From assembly GCF_036507355.1 (NCBI RefSeq), contig NZ_AP027877.1: a stretch of 64,000 bases of DNA, one strand, 5' to 3'. Position numbers and translations under genes: made by a program. The notes under the pieces were generated by a model. The model saw nothing but the letters and a program-made list of their open reading frames with translations, had not been told where the DNA came from and did not search any database. This document shows positions 1 through 10,160 of this stretch, piece by piece. Positions within the stretch are counted from its first letter, which is position 1; each line of letters opens with the position of its first letter. The DNA is from Escherichia coli. GTDB taxonomy: Bacteria; Pseudomonadota; Gammaproteobacteria; Enterobacterales; Enterobacteriaceae.

Positions 1-546
1 ACCATCGCCCCGACATTAATCATCAATTACGACGACAAAAGCTGGCAGGCGCTGTTAACGCAACTTGGCGAAATTACCGGGCATGAGAAACAAGCGGCAG
101 AGCGGATTGCGCAGTTTGATAAGCAACTGGCGGCGGCGAAAGAGCAAATCAAATTACCGCCGCAGCCGGTCACTGCCATTGTCTATACTGCCGCTGCACA
201 CAGTGCCAATCTCTGGACGCCGGAATCAGCACAAGGGCAGATGCTGGAACAACTCGGCTTTACGCTGGCGAAGTTACCCGCAGGGTTAAATGCCAGCCAA
301 AGCCAGGGTAAACGCCATGACATCATTCAGCTTGGTGGGGAAAATCTGGCTGCAGGGTTAAATGGCGAGTCACTATTCCTGTTCGCCGGTGATCAGAAAG
401 ATGCCGATGCTATTTATGCTAATCCGCTGCTCGCGCACCTGCCTGCAGTACAAAACAAGCAGGTTTATGCGCTGGGAACCGAGACGTTCCGTCTGGATTA
501 CTACAGCGCCATGCAAGTGCTGGAACGACTTAAGGCGCTGTTTTAA
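1..546 (+). CDS. fepB: Ferric enterobactin periplasmic binding protein FepB, C-terminal part (5' end outside window)
   Basis: Frame 1 is open from nt 1 to the stop at 544-546; translation ([19 protein letters not shown]...RLKALF) matches the FepB C-terminus as I recall it; position beside entS fits K-12 synteny. Confidence 0.9.
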   Translation, partial: TIAPTLIINYDDKSWQALLTQLGEITGHEKQAAERIAQFDKQLAAAKEQIKLPPQPVTAIVYTAAAHSANLWTPESAQGQMLEQLGFTLAKLPAGLNASQSQGKRHDIIQLGGENLAAGLNGESLFLFAGDQKDADAIYANPLLAHLPAVQNKQVYALGTETFRLDYYSAMQVLERLKALF

Positions 547-549
547 GCA

Positions 550-1800
550 TTAACCGTCAGACGCTGTCACCTGCGGCGGCGTCTGGCGAAAACGTCGCAA
601 CTCCACCAGCACCAGCAATAACAACACGCCGATAATCAACAAACCAAAACCGCTCGCGCTTGCGGAAGCAACCGGTGTCATCATCGCTCCCAAACCGCCC
701 AGCAGCGCCGCGCCTATGGCATCGCCCGTCACGTTTTGCGCCGTCCACAAACCGTTAATCCGCCCTAACATCGCTTCCGGAGTTTGCGTTTGCAGCATTG
801 TATATTGCAGCAACGAACTAACCGCGCTCAGCCAGCCGAACAGCGCCAGACAAACCACGCCTAAAATCCACATCGGCATCAGGCCAAACAGACCAATGGC
901 GAGGAACGATCCCAGCGTGGAGAGCAGCATCAATAACCCTGGTCGCGCGCTATGTGCCAGCTTCCCGCTGGTTAACGCGCCAATAGCCGCGCCGAGCGGG
1001 ATCGCCGCATAGAGAAAACCAATCTGTGCCGCCGACATCTGCCAGTTGTCAGCCAGCGCCGGATACAGTACCCGCACCGCGCTCGCCATCGTCAATAAAC
1101 CACCCAGCAGCGCAATCCCTCCTATCAGCGGGCTGGCGAGCAGAAAACGAAATCCTGCCAGTAATGATTTCAACGGATGCTCACGCGGCTGCGGTGGCGG
1201 TGGCAACGCCGGAAGGCTTAACAACGGTAGCAAGGTAATAAACGTGCCCGCCGCCGCCAGCCCGTAGTTCCAGGCCACACCGCCGGTCGCCAGCAATAAA
1301 CCGCCAATCATGGGCGAAATCACCGACCCCAGACGCACGGTCAACATGGTGATCGCCCCGGCCTGCATTAAGTTTTCACGCCCTACCAGTGCTGGTGTCG
1401 CCGCCAATAGCGCCGTAACGCCAAGCGATGCGAAAAAACCATCCCATAAACCAAGTAAATAGATTGCCAGCAATGACGGCTCCGGCAGCAGCGCGTTCAG
1501 GCACAGTCCAATGAAGCCAATGCCACAGGTGCCGCGCGCCAGCAAAATCACTTTTTTGCGCTCATAGCGATCCGCCAGCACACCGCCGACCATCAGGCCA
1601 ACAAACATCGCGCCGCCGGTCAGCGTCACCGAAAGCCCCACCTGCCAGGTGGAATGTGTCATCATCTGGATCTGCACCGGCACCGCGACGCCGAGCAAAC
1701 CCAGAGAAACAATAGAGATGAAACGAGCGAGGAATACTGCGCGAAACGCCGGGTGCGTTTTCAACAGGCTGAGGTTAAGCAGCCAGGATTGTTTATTCAT
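550..1800 (-). CDS. entS: Enterobactin exporter EntS (MFS transporter)
   Basis: 416-aa ORF, hydrophobic multi-helix MFS-like protein; divergent from fepD across a Fur-box region, as in K-12. Confidence 0.93.
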   Translation of the reverse strand: MNKQSWLLNLSLLKTHPAFRAVFLARFISIVSLGLLGVAVPVQIQMMTHSTWQVGLSVTLTGGAMFVGLMVGGVLADRYERKKVILLARGTCGIGFIGLCLNALLPEPSLLAIYLLGLWDGFFASLGVTALLAATPALVGRENLMQAGAITMLTVRLGSVISPMIGGLLLATGGVAWNYGLAAAGTFITLLPLLSLPALPPPPQPREHPLKSLLAGFRFLLASPLIGGIALLGGLLTMASAVRVLYPALADNWQMSAAQIGFLYAAIPLGAAIGALTSGKLAHSARPGLLMLLSTLGSFLAIGLFGLMPMWILGVVCLALFGWLSAVSSLLQYTMLQTQTPEAMLGRINGLWTAQNVTGDAIGAALLGGLGAMMTPVASASASGFGLLIIGVLLLLVLVELRRFRQTPPQVTASDG

Positions 1801-1872
1801 TACAATGCCTTGCCATCAAATATTTTAAATACCTATTCTTAGGCTGCACATGCTAACATATCCAAATAAGAT

Positions 1873-1897
1873 CGATAACGATAATTAATTTCATTAT
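1873..1897. promoter_or_regulatory. Fur box in the entS-fepD divergent promoter
   Basis: gataacgataattaatttcattatc closely resembles the GATAATGATAATCATTATC Fur consensus and lies directly upstream of the fepD start. Confidence 0.7.
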
Positions 1898-1910
1898 CAT
1901 GGAAGTTCGT

Positions 1911-2915
1911 ATGTCTGGTTCTGTTGCCGTGACACGCGCCATTGCCGTGCCCGGATTGCTGTTATTACTGATTATCGCGACGGCATTAAGTCTGCTCATT
2001 GGGGCAAAATCACTCCCCGCTTCCGTAGTGCTGGAGGCCTTCTCCGGCACCTGCCAGAGCGCCGACTGCACCATCGTGCTCGACGCGCGGCTGCCGCGTA
2101 CCCTTGCCGGTTTACTGGCAGGCGGCGCGCTTGGCCTTGCCGGGGCGTTAATGCAAACCCTCACCCGAAACCCACTTGCCGACCCCGGCTTGCTTGGCGT
2201 GAACGCCGGAGCCAGCTTTGCCATTGTGCTGGGTGCGGCGCTGTTTGGTTACTCTTCCGCACCGGAACAACTGGCGATGGCCTTCGCCGGGGCGCTGGTG
2301 GCCTCGTTGATTGTTGCCTTTACCGGCAGCCAGGGCGGCGGGCAGTTAAGTCCGGTGCGTTTAACCCTGGCGGGCGTGGCGCTGGCGGCGGTGCTGGAAG
2401 GGCTGACCAGCGGCATCGCCCTGCTTAATCCTGACGTCTACGATCAACTGCGTTTCTGGCAAGCCGGTTCGCTGGATATTCGCAATCTACATACCTTAAA
2501 AGTGGTGCTGATCCCAGTGCTGATCGCCGGAGCAACTGCGCTATTACTGAGTCGCGCGCTGAACAGTTTAAGCCTTGGCAGCGACACCGCGACGGCGCTG
2601 GGCAGTCGCGTGGCGCGCACACAGTTGATTGGTCTGCTGGCGATTACCGTGCTTTGTGGTAGTGCGACGGCGGTAGTTGGCCCGATTGCCTTTATTGGCC
2701 TGATGATGCCGCATATGGCGCGTTGGCTGGTGGGTGCCGATCATCGCTGGTCGCTGCCCGTCACGCTACTTGCTACCCCTGCCCTGCTGCTGTTTGCCGA
2801 TATCATCGGGCGGGTGATTGTGCCCGGCGAGCTGCGCGTTTCTGTGGTCAGTGCGTTTATTGGTGCACCGGTGCTGATCTTCCTCGTGCGACGTAAAACG
2901 CGAGGTGGTGCATGA
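1911..2915 (+). CDS. fepD: Ferric enterobactin ABC transporter permease FepD
   Basis: ORF track 1899..2915; internal ATG at 1911 (MSGSVAVTRA...) gives the 334-aa form I recall for K-12; alternative start at 1899. Confidence 0.9.
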   Translation: MSGSVAVTRAIAVPGLLLLLIIATALSLLIGAKSLPASVVLEAFSGTCQSADCTIVLDARLPRTLAGLLAGGALGLAGALMQTLTRNPLADPGLLGVNAGASFAIVLGAALFGYSSAPEQLAMAFAGALVASLIVAFTGSQGGGQLSPVRLTLAGVALAAVLEGLTSGIALLNPDVYDQLRFWQAGSLDIRNLHTLKVVLIPVLIAGATALLLSRALNSLSLGSDTATALGSRVARTQLIGLLAITVLCGSATAVVGPIAFIGLMMPHMARWLVGADHRWSLPVTLLATPALLLFADIIGRVIVPGELRVSVVSAFIGAPVLIFLVRRKTRGGA

Positions 2916-3904
2916 TTTACGTCTCTCGCCGATTACTCATCACCTGTTTGCTGCTGATTTCCGCCTGTGTGGTTGCAGGTATCTGGGGATTACGCAGCGG
3001 TGCCGTCACGCTGGAAATCTCGCAGGTATTCGCCGCGCTGATGGGCGATGCGCCGCGCAGTATGACGATGGTGGTCACCGAATGGCGTTTACCACGCGTG
3101 CTGATGGCGCTGTTGATTGGCGCAGCACTGGGCGTCAGTGGCGCGATTTTTCAGTCGCTGATGCGTAACCCGCTCGGCAGCCCTGACGTAATGGGTTTTA
3201 ACACCGGGGCGTGGAGCGGCGTGCTGGTGGCGATGGTGCTGTTTGGTCAGGACCTGACGGCTATCGCGCTGGCAGCAATGGTGGGCGGCATTGTCACTTC
3301 TCTGTTGGTCTGGCTGCTCGCCTGGCGTAACGGTATCGACACCTTTCGGTTGATTATTATCGGCATCGGCGTTCGCGCCATGCTGGTGGCCTTTAATACC
3401 TGGCTGTTGCTGAAAGCGTCTTTAGAAACGGCGCTAACAGCAGGTTTGTGGAATGCCGGATCGCTCAACGGCCTGACGTGGGCAAAAACTTCGCCTTCCG
3501 CACCCATCATTATATTGATGCTCATTGCCGCCGCCTTGCTGGTGCGGCGAATGCGCTTGCTGGAAATGGGCGATGATACCGCGTGTGCGCTGGGCGTCAG
3601 CGTTGAACGTTCGCGTCTGTTAATGATGCTGGTTGCAGTGGTGCTTACCGCTGCGGCAACAGCGCTTGCCGGGCCGATTTCCTTTATTGCTTTAGTCGCG
3701 CCGCACATTGCCCGACGCATTAGCGGCACCGCTCGCTGGGGGCTGACCCAGGCGGCGCTGTGCGGGGCGTTGTTATTGCTGGCGGCCGATCTCTGCGCCC
3801 AACAACTGTTTATGCCGTATCAACTTCCGGTTGGCGTCGTTACCGTCAGCCTCGGTGGTATTTACCTTATCGTCTTGTTAATTCAGGAGTCTCGCAAAAA
3901 ATGA
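2912..3904 (+). CDS. fepG: Ferric enterobactin ABC transporter permease FepG
   Basis: 330-aa membrane protein; start overlaps the fepD stop (ATGA), indicating translational coupling. Confidence 0.93.
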   Translation: MIYVSRRLLITCLLLISACVVAGIWGLRSGAVTLEISQVFAALMGDAPRSMTMVVTEWRLPRVLMALLIGAALGVSGAIFQSLMRNPLGSPDVMGFNTGAWSGVLVAMVLFGQDLTAIALAAMVGGIVTSLLVWLLAWRNGIDTFRLIIIGIGVRAMLVAFNTWLLLKASLETALTAGLWNAGSLNGLTWAKTSPSAPIIILMLIAAALLVRRMRLLEMGDDTACALGVSVERSRLLMMLVAVVLTAAATALAGPISFIALVAPHIARRISGTARWGLTQAALCGALLLLAADLCAQQLFMPYQLPVGVVTVSLGGIYLIVLLIQESRKK

Positions 3905-4716
3905 CCGAATCAGTAGCCCGTTTGCGCGGCGAACAGTTAACCCTGGGATATGGCAAATATACCGTTGCGGAAAATCTGACTGTAGAAATACCTGATGGTC
4001 ACTTCACGGCAATTATCGGGCCAAATGGCTGCGGTAAATCCACGTTACTGCGTACCTTAAGCCGCCTGATGACGCCTGCTCATGGGCATGTCTGGCTGGA
4101 TGGCGAGCACATTCAACATTACGCCAGTAAAGAGGTTGCACGCCGGATTGGTCTGTTGGCGCAGAATGCTACCACGCCGGGAGATATCACCGTACAGGAG
4201 CTGGTGGCGCGTGGACGTTACCCGCATCAACCGCTGTTTACCCGCTGGCGCAAAGAGGATGAAGAAGCGGTAACGAAAGCGATGCAGGCCACGGGAATAA
4301 CTCATCTGGCAGATCAAAGCGTGGATACCCTTTCTGGCGGACAACGCCAGCGAGCGTGGATCGCGATGGTGCTGGCCCAGGAAACGGCGATTATGCTGCT
4401 CGACGAACCCACGACCTGGCTGGATATCAGTCATCAGATTGATCTCCTGGAACTGTTAAGCGAACTGAACCGCGAAAAAGGCTATACCCTGGCGGCGGTG
4501 CTGCACGATCTTAATCAGGCCTGTCGTTACGCCAGCCATTTAATTGCATTGCGGGAAGGGAAAATTGTTGCTCAGGGAGCGCCGAAGGAGATTGTCACTG
4601 CTGAACTGATTGAGCGCATTTATGGTCTGCGCTGCATGATCATTGACGATCCAGTTGCCGGAACGCCGCTCGTGGTGCCGCTCGGACGAACGGCACCTTC
4701 AATCGCAAATAGTTAA
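3901..4716 (+). CDS. fepC: Ferric enterobactin ABC transporter ATPase FepC
   Basis: ATG at 3901 overlaps the fepG stop; 271-aa product with Walker A (GPNGCGKST), signature (LSGGQRQR) and Walker B (LLDEP) motifs. The track ORF from 3760 is an upstream extension. Confidence 0.95.
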   Translation: MTESVARLRGEQLTLGYGKYTVAENLTVEIPDGHFTAIIGPNGCGKSTLLRTLSRLMTPAHGHVWLDGEHIQHYASKEVARRIGLLAQNATTPGDITVQELVARGRYPHQPLFTRWRKEDEEAVTKAMQATGITHLADQSVDTLSGGQRQRAWIAMVLAQETAIMLLDEPTTWLDISHQIDLLELLSELNREKGYTLAAVLHDLNQACRYASHLIALREGKIVAQGAPKEIVTAELIERIYGLRCMIIDDPVAGTPLVVPLGRTAPSIANS

Positions 4717-5846
4717 ACTAAGTGGTCTGCCATCATGGCATCCTTTTTTCTGGATGCCATCGCATGGCGCAACAGCACGCTACCACAAGCCACCATCCCG
4801 CCGATCAGCGCGGAAAGGATCACAATAATCGCCTTACCCGGACCGTCTTTTTTCACTGGCAATGACGGGCTTAACTGATATTTAAACGGCGTAAAATTCA
4901 CATCGTTGATATTTGCTTTTGTTAACTGCTCAACAAGATACTGACGATTACGTAATTCACCGTTCAGTTCCGCAACGTCAGTGACCGCTTTTTCAATTTC
5001 CAGTTTGCGTTCAATACCGTCTGCGCCGAGAGAAATAGAGAAATCGGGGTCATCTTTAACGGCCTGACCATTACTGTAAACGGGCTTTTTAATTCCTGCC
5101 GCGTTGGCAATGTCGAGTGAATAATTGAGGCGCTGAATGTTTGCATCAAGTTGATTTTTCATTTTAATGCGGTCCTGAGCCAGTTTTTCTTTTTCAAACT
5201 GGGTTTTGATCTCCAGTTTATTACGGACGTTTTCTATCGACTCTTTCACCACCAACGCAGAGATATAATCGATATACCCGCTCAAAACGGTCTGCGCCTC
5301 TTCACTGGTTGGCGCGGTAAAACTTAGCGTCCAGGAGGTATACAGTGACGGTTCATCTTTTTTCTTACTGGCATTGTCATCAACCGCTTTCATTTTTTCG
5401 CTCAATGCGACAATTGCGCGATGCAAATCCAGTTCGTCGATTTTCGCCTCTTTTAATTGGTCCATCACATAAGGTGATGAACGCAGGTACTCTTCCAGCA
5501 AGCTAATTGACTGAAATTTCTTGATAAACAGATTAAATACACCGCCACGGTCGATATTAACATCGAGATCAAGAACGCGGAGTTTGGTAAAGGTTTTCTC
5601 CAGGTCCTGCCACTGAATGGCTTCGGCGGGAGTAATAACGGCTGAGCTGGTCCATTTTTGCGGCAGGATGAAAGAGATCAGTAAACCTGCGCAGGCAAAT
5701 GCAAAAACGACCGCCATGACCGTTTTTTTGGCCCGCCATAAAACTTCGATTAGATTAAGTAAATCAATTTCATTATTACTGGGCGACGCCAGAGGATAAT
5801 CGGGAAAATGAGCGTCACTTCCCTGTTTAATATTCAGTGATGACAT
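4713..5846 (-). CDS. fepE: Polysaccharide co-polymerase (Wzz-like) FepE
   Basis: 377-aa ORF with N- and C-terminal hydrophobic segments and a coiled-coil-rich middle, as in FepE/Wzz family proteins; 3' end overlaps the fepC 3' end (convergent). Confidence 0.9.
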   Translation of the reverse strand: MSSLNIKQGSDAHFPDYPLASPSNNEIDLLNLIEVLWRAKKTVMAVVFAFACAGLLISFILPQKWTSSAVITPAEAIQWQDLEKTFTKLRVLDLDVNIDRGGVFNLFIKKFQSISLLEEYLRSSPYVMDQLKEAKIDELDLHRAIVALSEKMKAVDDNASKKKDEPSLYTSWTLSFTAPTSEEAQTVLSGYIDYISALVVKESIENVRNKLEIKTQFEKEKLAQDRIKMKNQLDANIQRLNYSLDIANAAGIKKPVYSNGQAVKDDPDFSISLGADGIERKLEIEKAVTDVAELNGELRNRQYLVEQLTKANINDVNFTPFKYQLSPSLPVKKDGPGKAIIVILSALIGGMVACGSVLLRHAMASRKKDAMMADHLV

Positions 5847-6013
5847 GGGGTATAACCTGAAAATGAGTCCAATAGGGGGAAATCTCCACGGCGCTCACTT
5901 TACCAGTTGGTGAGAATTATCCGAAGCTGAAGTTTGTAAATTCATTCCACTGAATGCAACATTCACTCTATTTAAGAAAAATAACCAGCAAACTTATAAA
6001 TTAAATAAATGAT

Positions 6014-6046
6014 AAACCCATAATTATTTCCTGCAATTATGGGTTT
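6014..6046 (-). terminator. Stem-loop (12-bp perfect stem) just downstream of entF, candidate intrinsic terminator or RNA stability element
   Basis: aaacccataatt / aattatgggttt inverted repeat with a 9-nt loop, followed on the minus strand by a U-rich tract (AUCAUUUAUUUAAUUU). Confidence 0.4.
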
Positions 6047-6061
6047 ATAGATAATGTTAAT

Positions 6062-9000
6062 TTATCTGTTTAGCGTTGCGCGAATAATCGGCCCAATTTT
6101 TTCAAATGCCCCTGGAGAGATAATATCCACATGCGCACAATCCTGACGATAGATATCCAGCTCCGCAATCCACGGCGACCAGGCGCGTTCAGGACTCATA
6201 CCTTCCTGAAGCGTGCGTTCAGCAACAAACAACGTCGCTTTACCGTCAAACGGTACGCTATGAGCAGTCGTCAGCAGGCGCACAGCATCAGCGTAGTTGC
6301 CTTCAATGGTGGTAAACAGCTCCGTTGAAGTACTTCCCTGCTGTGCCGCCAGGAAGGCCTCGCGCTCGCAGTTAATCTCCGCCAGCACTTCCGGGTCCAG
6401 ACCATTAGCTTCTTTTTCCTGCCAGTTTTGCGTTTCTGGCGGCCAGGTATCCAGCAAGCCAAGAAATGCCACCTGTTCGCCACGGGCACGCAGCCGCGCC
6501 GCAATCCCCTGCGCCAGCGTACCGCCCAGCGAATAACCCAGCAGGTAATAAGGGCCGTGCGGTTGTTGCTCAAGTAACGTTGCCAGATGCGCTTCGCAGA
6601 CTTCATCCAGGTTCGTCGCTGTCTGCATGGGGCCATGAGGGCGCGGCGACTGAATGCCGATAATCGACCATAGTGGATCGAGATAACGCGAGAGCACGCT
6701 AAACTGCCAGGCAAAACCGGATGCCGGATGGAAACAAAACAGCGTCGGGCCATTACCTTCACGCAACGGCAGAATGGTTTCGAATCCCATGCGCCGGGAG
6801 CTGTCCTCTTCACCATCAATAATCGTTGCCAGTTTGGCGACGGTTGACGCGACCATCACCTGCCCCGGCGTCACCTGACGGGCAAACTGCCGACTTAACT
6901 GCGCTGCCAGTTTCATTGCCAGTAGCGAATGACCGCCAAGCGCGAAGAAATCAGCATCGGCATCCTGCACGTCACAACCCAGCAACGACGCGAATGCCGC
7001 AGCGATAATCGTTTCACTGCCCGCTTTCGGCGCACGCCCCGGCGTTTGTGCCTTAAGTTCAGGCAACGGTAAGGCTTTGCGATCCAGCTTGCCGTTGGCG
7101 CTAAGAGGTAACTGTGGAAGTTGCAGCAGAACGACCGGCACCATATGCGGCGGCAATGTTTCGCGAAGCTGTGCCTGTAATGCGCTGGTATCCAACGGCA
7201 GACCTGATTGCGACACCAGATAGCCCACCAACTGACGCGCATCACCACCGGTGGCTGCCGCCTGGTTAATCACACAGGCGTGGGTAACGGCTTGTTCGAC
7301 ATCCGGCAGCGCCTGCATCACGCGATCGATTTCGCCCAGTTCGATACGCTGCCCGCGAATTTTTAGCTGATCGTCACTGCGCCCGAGGTACTCCACCGCG
7401 CCGTTATCCAGCCAGCGGGCAACGTCTCCGGTACGATACATCCGTTCACCTGGGGCAAAAGGATCGGCAATAAAACGGCTGGCGGTCAGATCGGGTCTTC
7501 CAAGATACCCCTGCGCCAGTTGAATGCCGGTGAGATAGAGATCACCCGCCACACCCGGCGGCACCGGATGCATCATCGCATCAAGAATACGCAGACCCGT
7601 ATTCCACACCGGATAACCAATCGGCACACTGCTGCCGCGCACCTGTGCCAGTTCCTCGCCAAAAGCCGGATACCAGCTCACATCTACCGCCGCTTCCGTC
7701 GGGCCATATAGATTATGCAACGGCGCGCCCGTTAACTGTTGCCATTCGCGGCATAAATCAGCCGGTAAGGCCTCACCACTACAGAAAACCTGTTTCAACG
7801 TCGCGCAATTCTGGCGAGCGGTTTGCGGAGTCAGCGATGCAACAAATGCCGCCAGCATCGACGGCACAAAGTGCGTGGTCGTTACGCCATATTCGGCAAA
7901 GAATTGCTGCATAGCGAGCGGGTCGCGGTGCGCTTCCGGTTCAGCCATCACTAGTTTAGCCCCGGCAATAAACGGCCAGAAAAACTCCCACACCGAGACA
8001 TCAAAACTGCACGGCGTTTTTTGGGCAACGACATCTTCGCCTGTAAGCGGGTAGTGATTTTGCATCCATAACAGGCGGTTAACGATAGCCGTCTGCCCGA
8101 CCATTACCCCTTTCGGCCTGCCGGTGGAACCGGAGGTAAAGATGATATAAGCCGTGTGGTGCGGTTGTGAAAGTTGCAGCGGTGCACTGCCCTGCGGTGT
8201 AAGCGGGGCGTTATAGCAAAGGCTGGTTAAATCTGGAACATCGGCAAAGCGCGGCAGTTGATCGTCGGTGGTGATTAACAGCGACGGACGCGCATCTTCC
8301 AGCATCATTTTCAGGCGATCGTCCGGATAGCCGGTATCCAGCGGTAACCAGGCCGCACCAGCTTCAACAATTGCATGTAGCGCCAGAGTCAAAAATACCG
8401 AGCGCGGTAGCGCCACCGCCACGCTGTCGCCAGGTTTAACGCCGCGCTCACGCAGCAGATTCGCCAGCGCCACCACCTGCTCGCGCATTTCCCGATAGCT
8501 GAACTGGTAACGCGCATCTGCCAGCGCCGGAGCATCCGGTGTTTTTGCCGCTTGTTCTGCCACCAGCGCGCTAAGCGTGGTTTCTGGAATCTCAACCTGA
8601 GTGGCGTTGATCTGCGCCAACTGCGCATATTCACCTGGCAGCATAATATCGACATCGCCGCACAACAGCGCCGGATCCGCGGCTAATTGGGCGATCAGCA
8701 TTTTCAGGCGTTCAGCATGCTGGATTAACGTTGGCTCATCGTAACGCTGTTTATTGGCGAGGATCTCAATACTCAAATCACCGTGTTCATCCGGGAACAG
8801 GGCCAGTTCAAGGTCATTAACCGGACCGGTTGCCAGGGTATGGGTTTGCGCCTCAACATCAAGAATATCCAGTTGGTAATCAAATACCTTGATATTGAGT
8901 ACCGGACCAAACAGCGGTTCATCACCTGCCGCTCGCCCGCTGTCACGGACAATTTGTTCGGCATCGTAACGTTGATGGCGACGCATTTTTTTCAGTTGAG

Positions 9001-9943
9001 CCGCCAGTCGGGTTGCCAGTTCCGGCAGCGTTTCTTGTGCCGCAATGTGAATACCCAACGGCAAAACGTTGAGCACAGGTCCGGTAGCCGTCAGCGCCGC
9101 CGACCCCAGTCGACGCATAAAGATAAATCCGGCAGCGTAGTCCATGCGATTGCACAATCGCCCCAGCCACAAAGCCGCCAGCGCAAGAGCTAAATCGGTA
9201 CGCTGCACACCTGAAAGTTGCATAGCCAGCTGGCGGAATTCCCCGTCGGTAAATTCCAGTTTCAGGCGCAGAATATCTGCCGAAGCGCTGCGCCCCGGTA
9301 AAGGTGCCGGAGAAAGTGACGCGGGCGGTGGCAGTTGACGACGCTGTTCCGCCCAGAATGCTGCATCACGCTGCCAGGCTTCGCTTTCGCGGTATTGCTG
9401 GTACTCTCCCACTACATCAGCGAAAGGCGTAAACGGCGAAGCAGGCGTTGGTTCGCCACGCAGTAATGCGCAGTAAATGTTGGCGATCTGCCGGGTAATG
9501 GCCGGGAAACTGAAGCCATCGACCAGCAAATGGTGATAACGCTGATACCAGTACCAGCGGTTATCTGCCACCTGTATCAGCTGGTGAAAGACCAGTGGTT
9601 TACCGCTATCGACGCGCAAATCTTGTTGCAAATCCGCCTGCATTAATGCCTGCGCAGTACCGTGCGGATCAATGTTGGTTCGCAGGTCGATAATTTCTGG
9701 CAGTTCGAATATCAGCGCATCATCGACCCATTGCCAGACTTCGCCGTTATCTTCCGTAAAACGCATCCGCAACGTATCTGCTTGCGCTAATCCGGCAACC
9801 ACCGCGCGGGCCAGTAATGGCGCATCAACCTCTCCGGTTAACTCAACGTAATGCGCCACGCTCCAGGCGGAGGGTAAATCCGACAGTTTTTCTGCCATCC
9901 AGATGCCGGGCTGTGCGGCTACCAAAGGTAAATGCTGGCTCAT
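6062..9943 (-). CDS. entF: Enterobactin synthase component F (NRPS, C-A-PCP-TE, serine-activating)
   Basis: 1293-aa ORF; adenylation core motifs (YIIFTSGSTGRPKGV, YRTGDVAR, GRSDDQLKIRGQRIELGEI), PCP site (LGGHSLLAMKLA) and thioesterase GYSLGG motif visible in the translation. Confidence 0.97.
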   Translation of the reverse strand: MSQHLPLVAAQPGIWMAEKLSDLPSAWSVAHYVELTGEVDAPLLARAVVAGLAQADTLRMRFTEDNGEVWQWVDDALIFELPEIIDLRTNIDPHGTAQALMQADLQQDLRVDSGKPLVFHQLIQVADNRWYWYQRYHHLLVDGFSFPAITRQIANIYCALLRGEPTPASPFTPFADVVGEYQQYRESEAWQRDAAFWAEQRRQLPPPASLSPAPLPGRSASADILRLKLEFTDGEFRQLAMQLSGVQRTDLALALAALWLGRLCNRMDYAAGFIFMRRLGSAALTATGPVLNVLPLGIHIAAQETLPELATRLAAQLKKMRRHQRYDAEQIVRDSGRAAGDEPLFGPVLNIKVFDYQLDILDVEAQTHTLATGPVNDLELALFPDEHGDLSIEILANKQRYDEPTLIQHAERLKMLIAQLAADPALLCGDVDIMLPGEYAQLAQINATQVEIPETTLSALVAEQAAKTPDAPALADARYQFSYREMREQVVALANLLRERGVKPGDSVAVALPRSVFLTLALHAIVEAGAAWLPLDTGYPDDRLKMMLEDARPSLLITTDDQLPRFADVPDLTSLCYNAPLTPQGSAPLQLSQPHHTAYIIFTSGSTGRPKGVMVGQTAIVNRLLWMQNHYPLTGEDVVAQKTPCSFDVSVWEFFWPFIAGAKLVMAEPEAHRDPLAMQQFFAEYGVTTTHFVPSMLAAFVASLTPQTARQNCATLKQVFCSGEALPADLCREWQQLTGAPLHNLYGPTEAAVDVSWYPAFGEELAQVRGSSVPIGYPVWNTGLRILDAMMHPVPPGVAGDLYLTGIQLAQGYLGRPDLTASRFIADPFAPGERMYRTGDVARWLDNGAVEYLGRSDDQLKIRGQRIELGEIDRVMQALPDVEQAVTHACVINQAAATGGDARQLVGYLVSQSGLPLDTSALQAQLRETLPPHMVPVVLLQLPQLPLSANGKLDRKALPLPELKAQTPGRAPKAGSETIIAAAFASLLGCDVQDADADFFALGGHSLLAMKLAAQLSRQFARQVTPGQVMVASTVAKLATIIDGEEDSSRRMGFETILPLREGNGPTLFCFHPASGFAWQFSVLSRYLDPLWSIIGIQSPRPHGPMQTATNLDEVCEAHLATLLEQQPHGPYYLLGYSLGGTLAQGIAARLRARGEQVAFLGLLDTWPPETQNWQEKEANGLDPEVLAEINCEREAFLAAQQGSTSTELFTTIEGNYADAVRLLTTAHSVPFDGKATLFVAERTLQEGMSPERAWSPWIAELDIYRQDCAHVDIISPGAFEKIGPIIRATLNR

Positions 9944-10158
9944 TGTGCCTCCTGCAACTGGGTGAAATTCGCCGGTGTCAGAGTACGCCAGTGGGCTTCA
10001 AGCCACTGCTGGCAGGACTCTTGTGACTGCGGCTGACACACAATGTCCCAGCCTGCCGGTAAGGCGCATTGTTGCGGCCACAGACTGAATTGCCCCTGCG
10101 CATTGCGCAAAATGTAAAACACTCCCTGTGGATCATCGAAGGGATTACTGAATGCCAT
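9940..10158 (-). CDS. ybdZ: MbtH-like protein YbdZ
   Basis: 72 aa from the ATG at 10158 (MAFSNPFDDPQG...); MbtH-like tryptophan-containing motif; stop overlaps the entF start (ATGA). Confidence 0.9.
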   Translation of the reverse strand: MAFSNPFDDPQGVFYILRNAQGQFSLWPQQCALPAGWDIVCQPQSQESCQQWLEAHWRTLTPANFTQLQEAQ

Positions 10159-10160
10159 AT

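Noticed and set aside
3760-3900. N-terminal extensions in the ORF track for fepC (3760), fepA (11546), entD (13871), gcl (62414), allC (51028), nfsB (17766), ybdF (17235) and others
   Set aside because: The track allows non-ATG starts and extends to the furthest one; the ATG positions chosen give canonical protein lengths, coupled-start overlaps, or avoid running through REP elements and promoters.
6271-9338. Multiple ORFs of 60-180 aa on both strands inside entF (for example 6271-6819 minus, 8783-9193 plus)
   Set aside because: They lie entirely within the 1293-aa entF frame, whose product shows unmistakable NRPS motifs; these are frame artefacts of a GC-rich gene.
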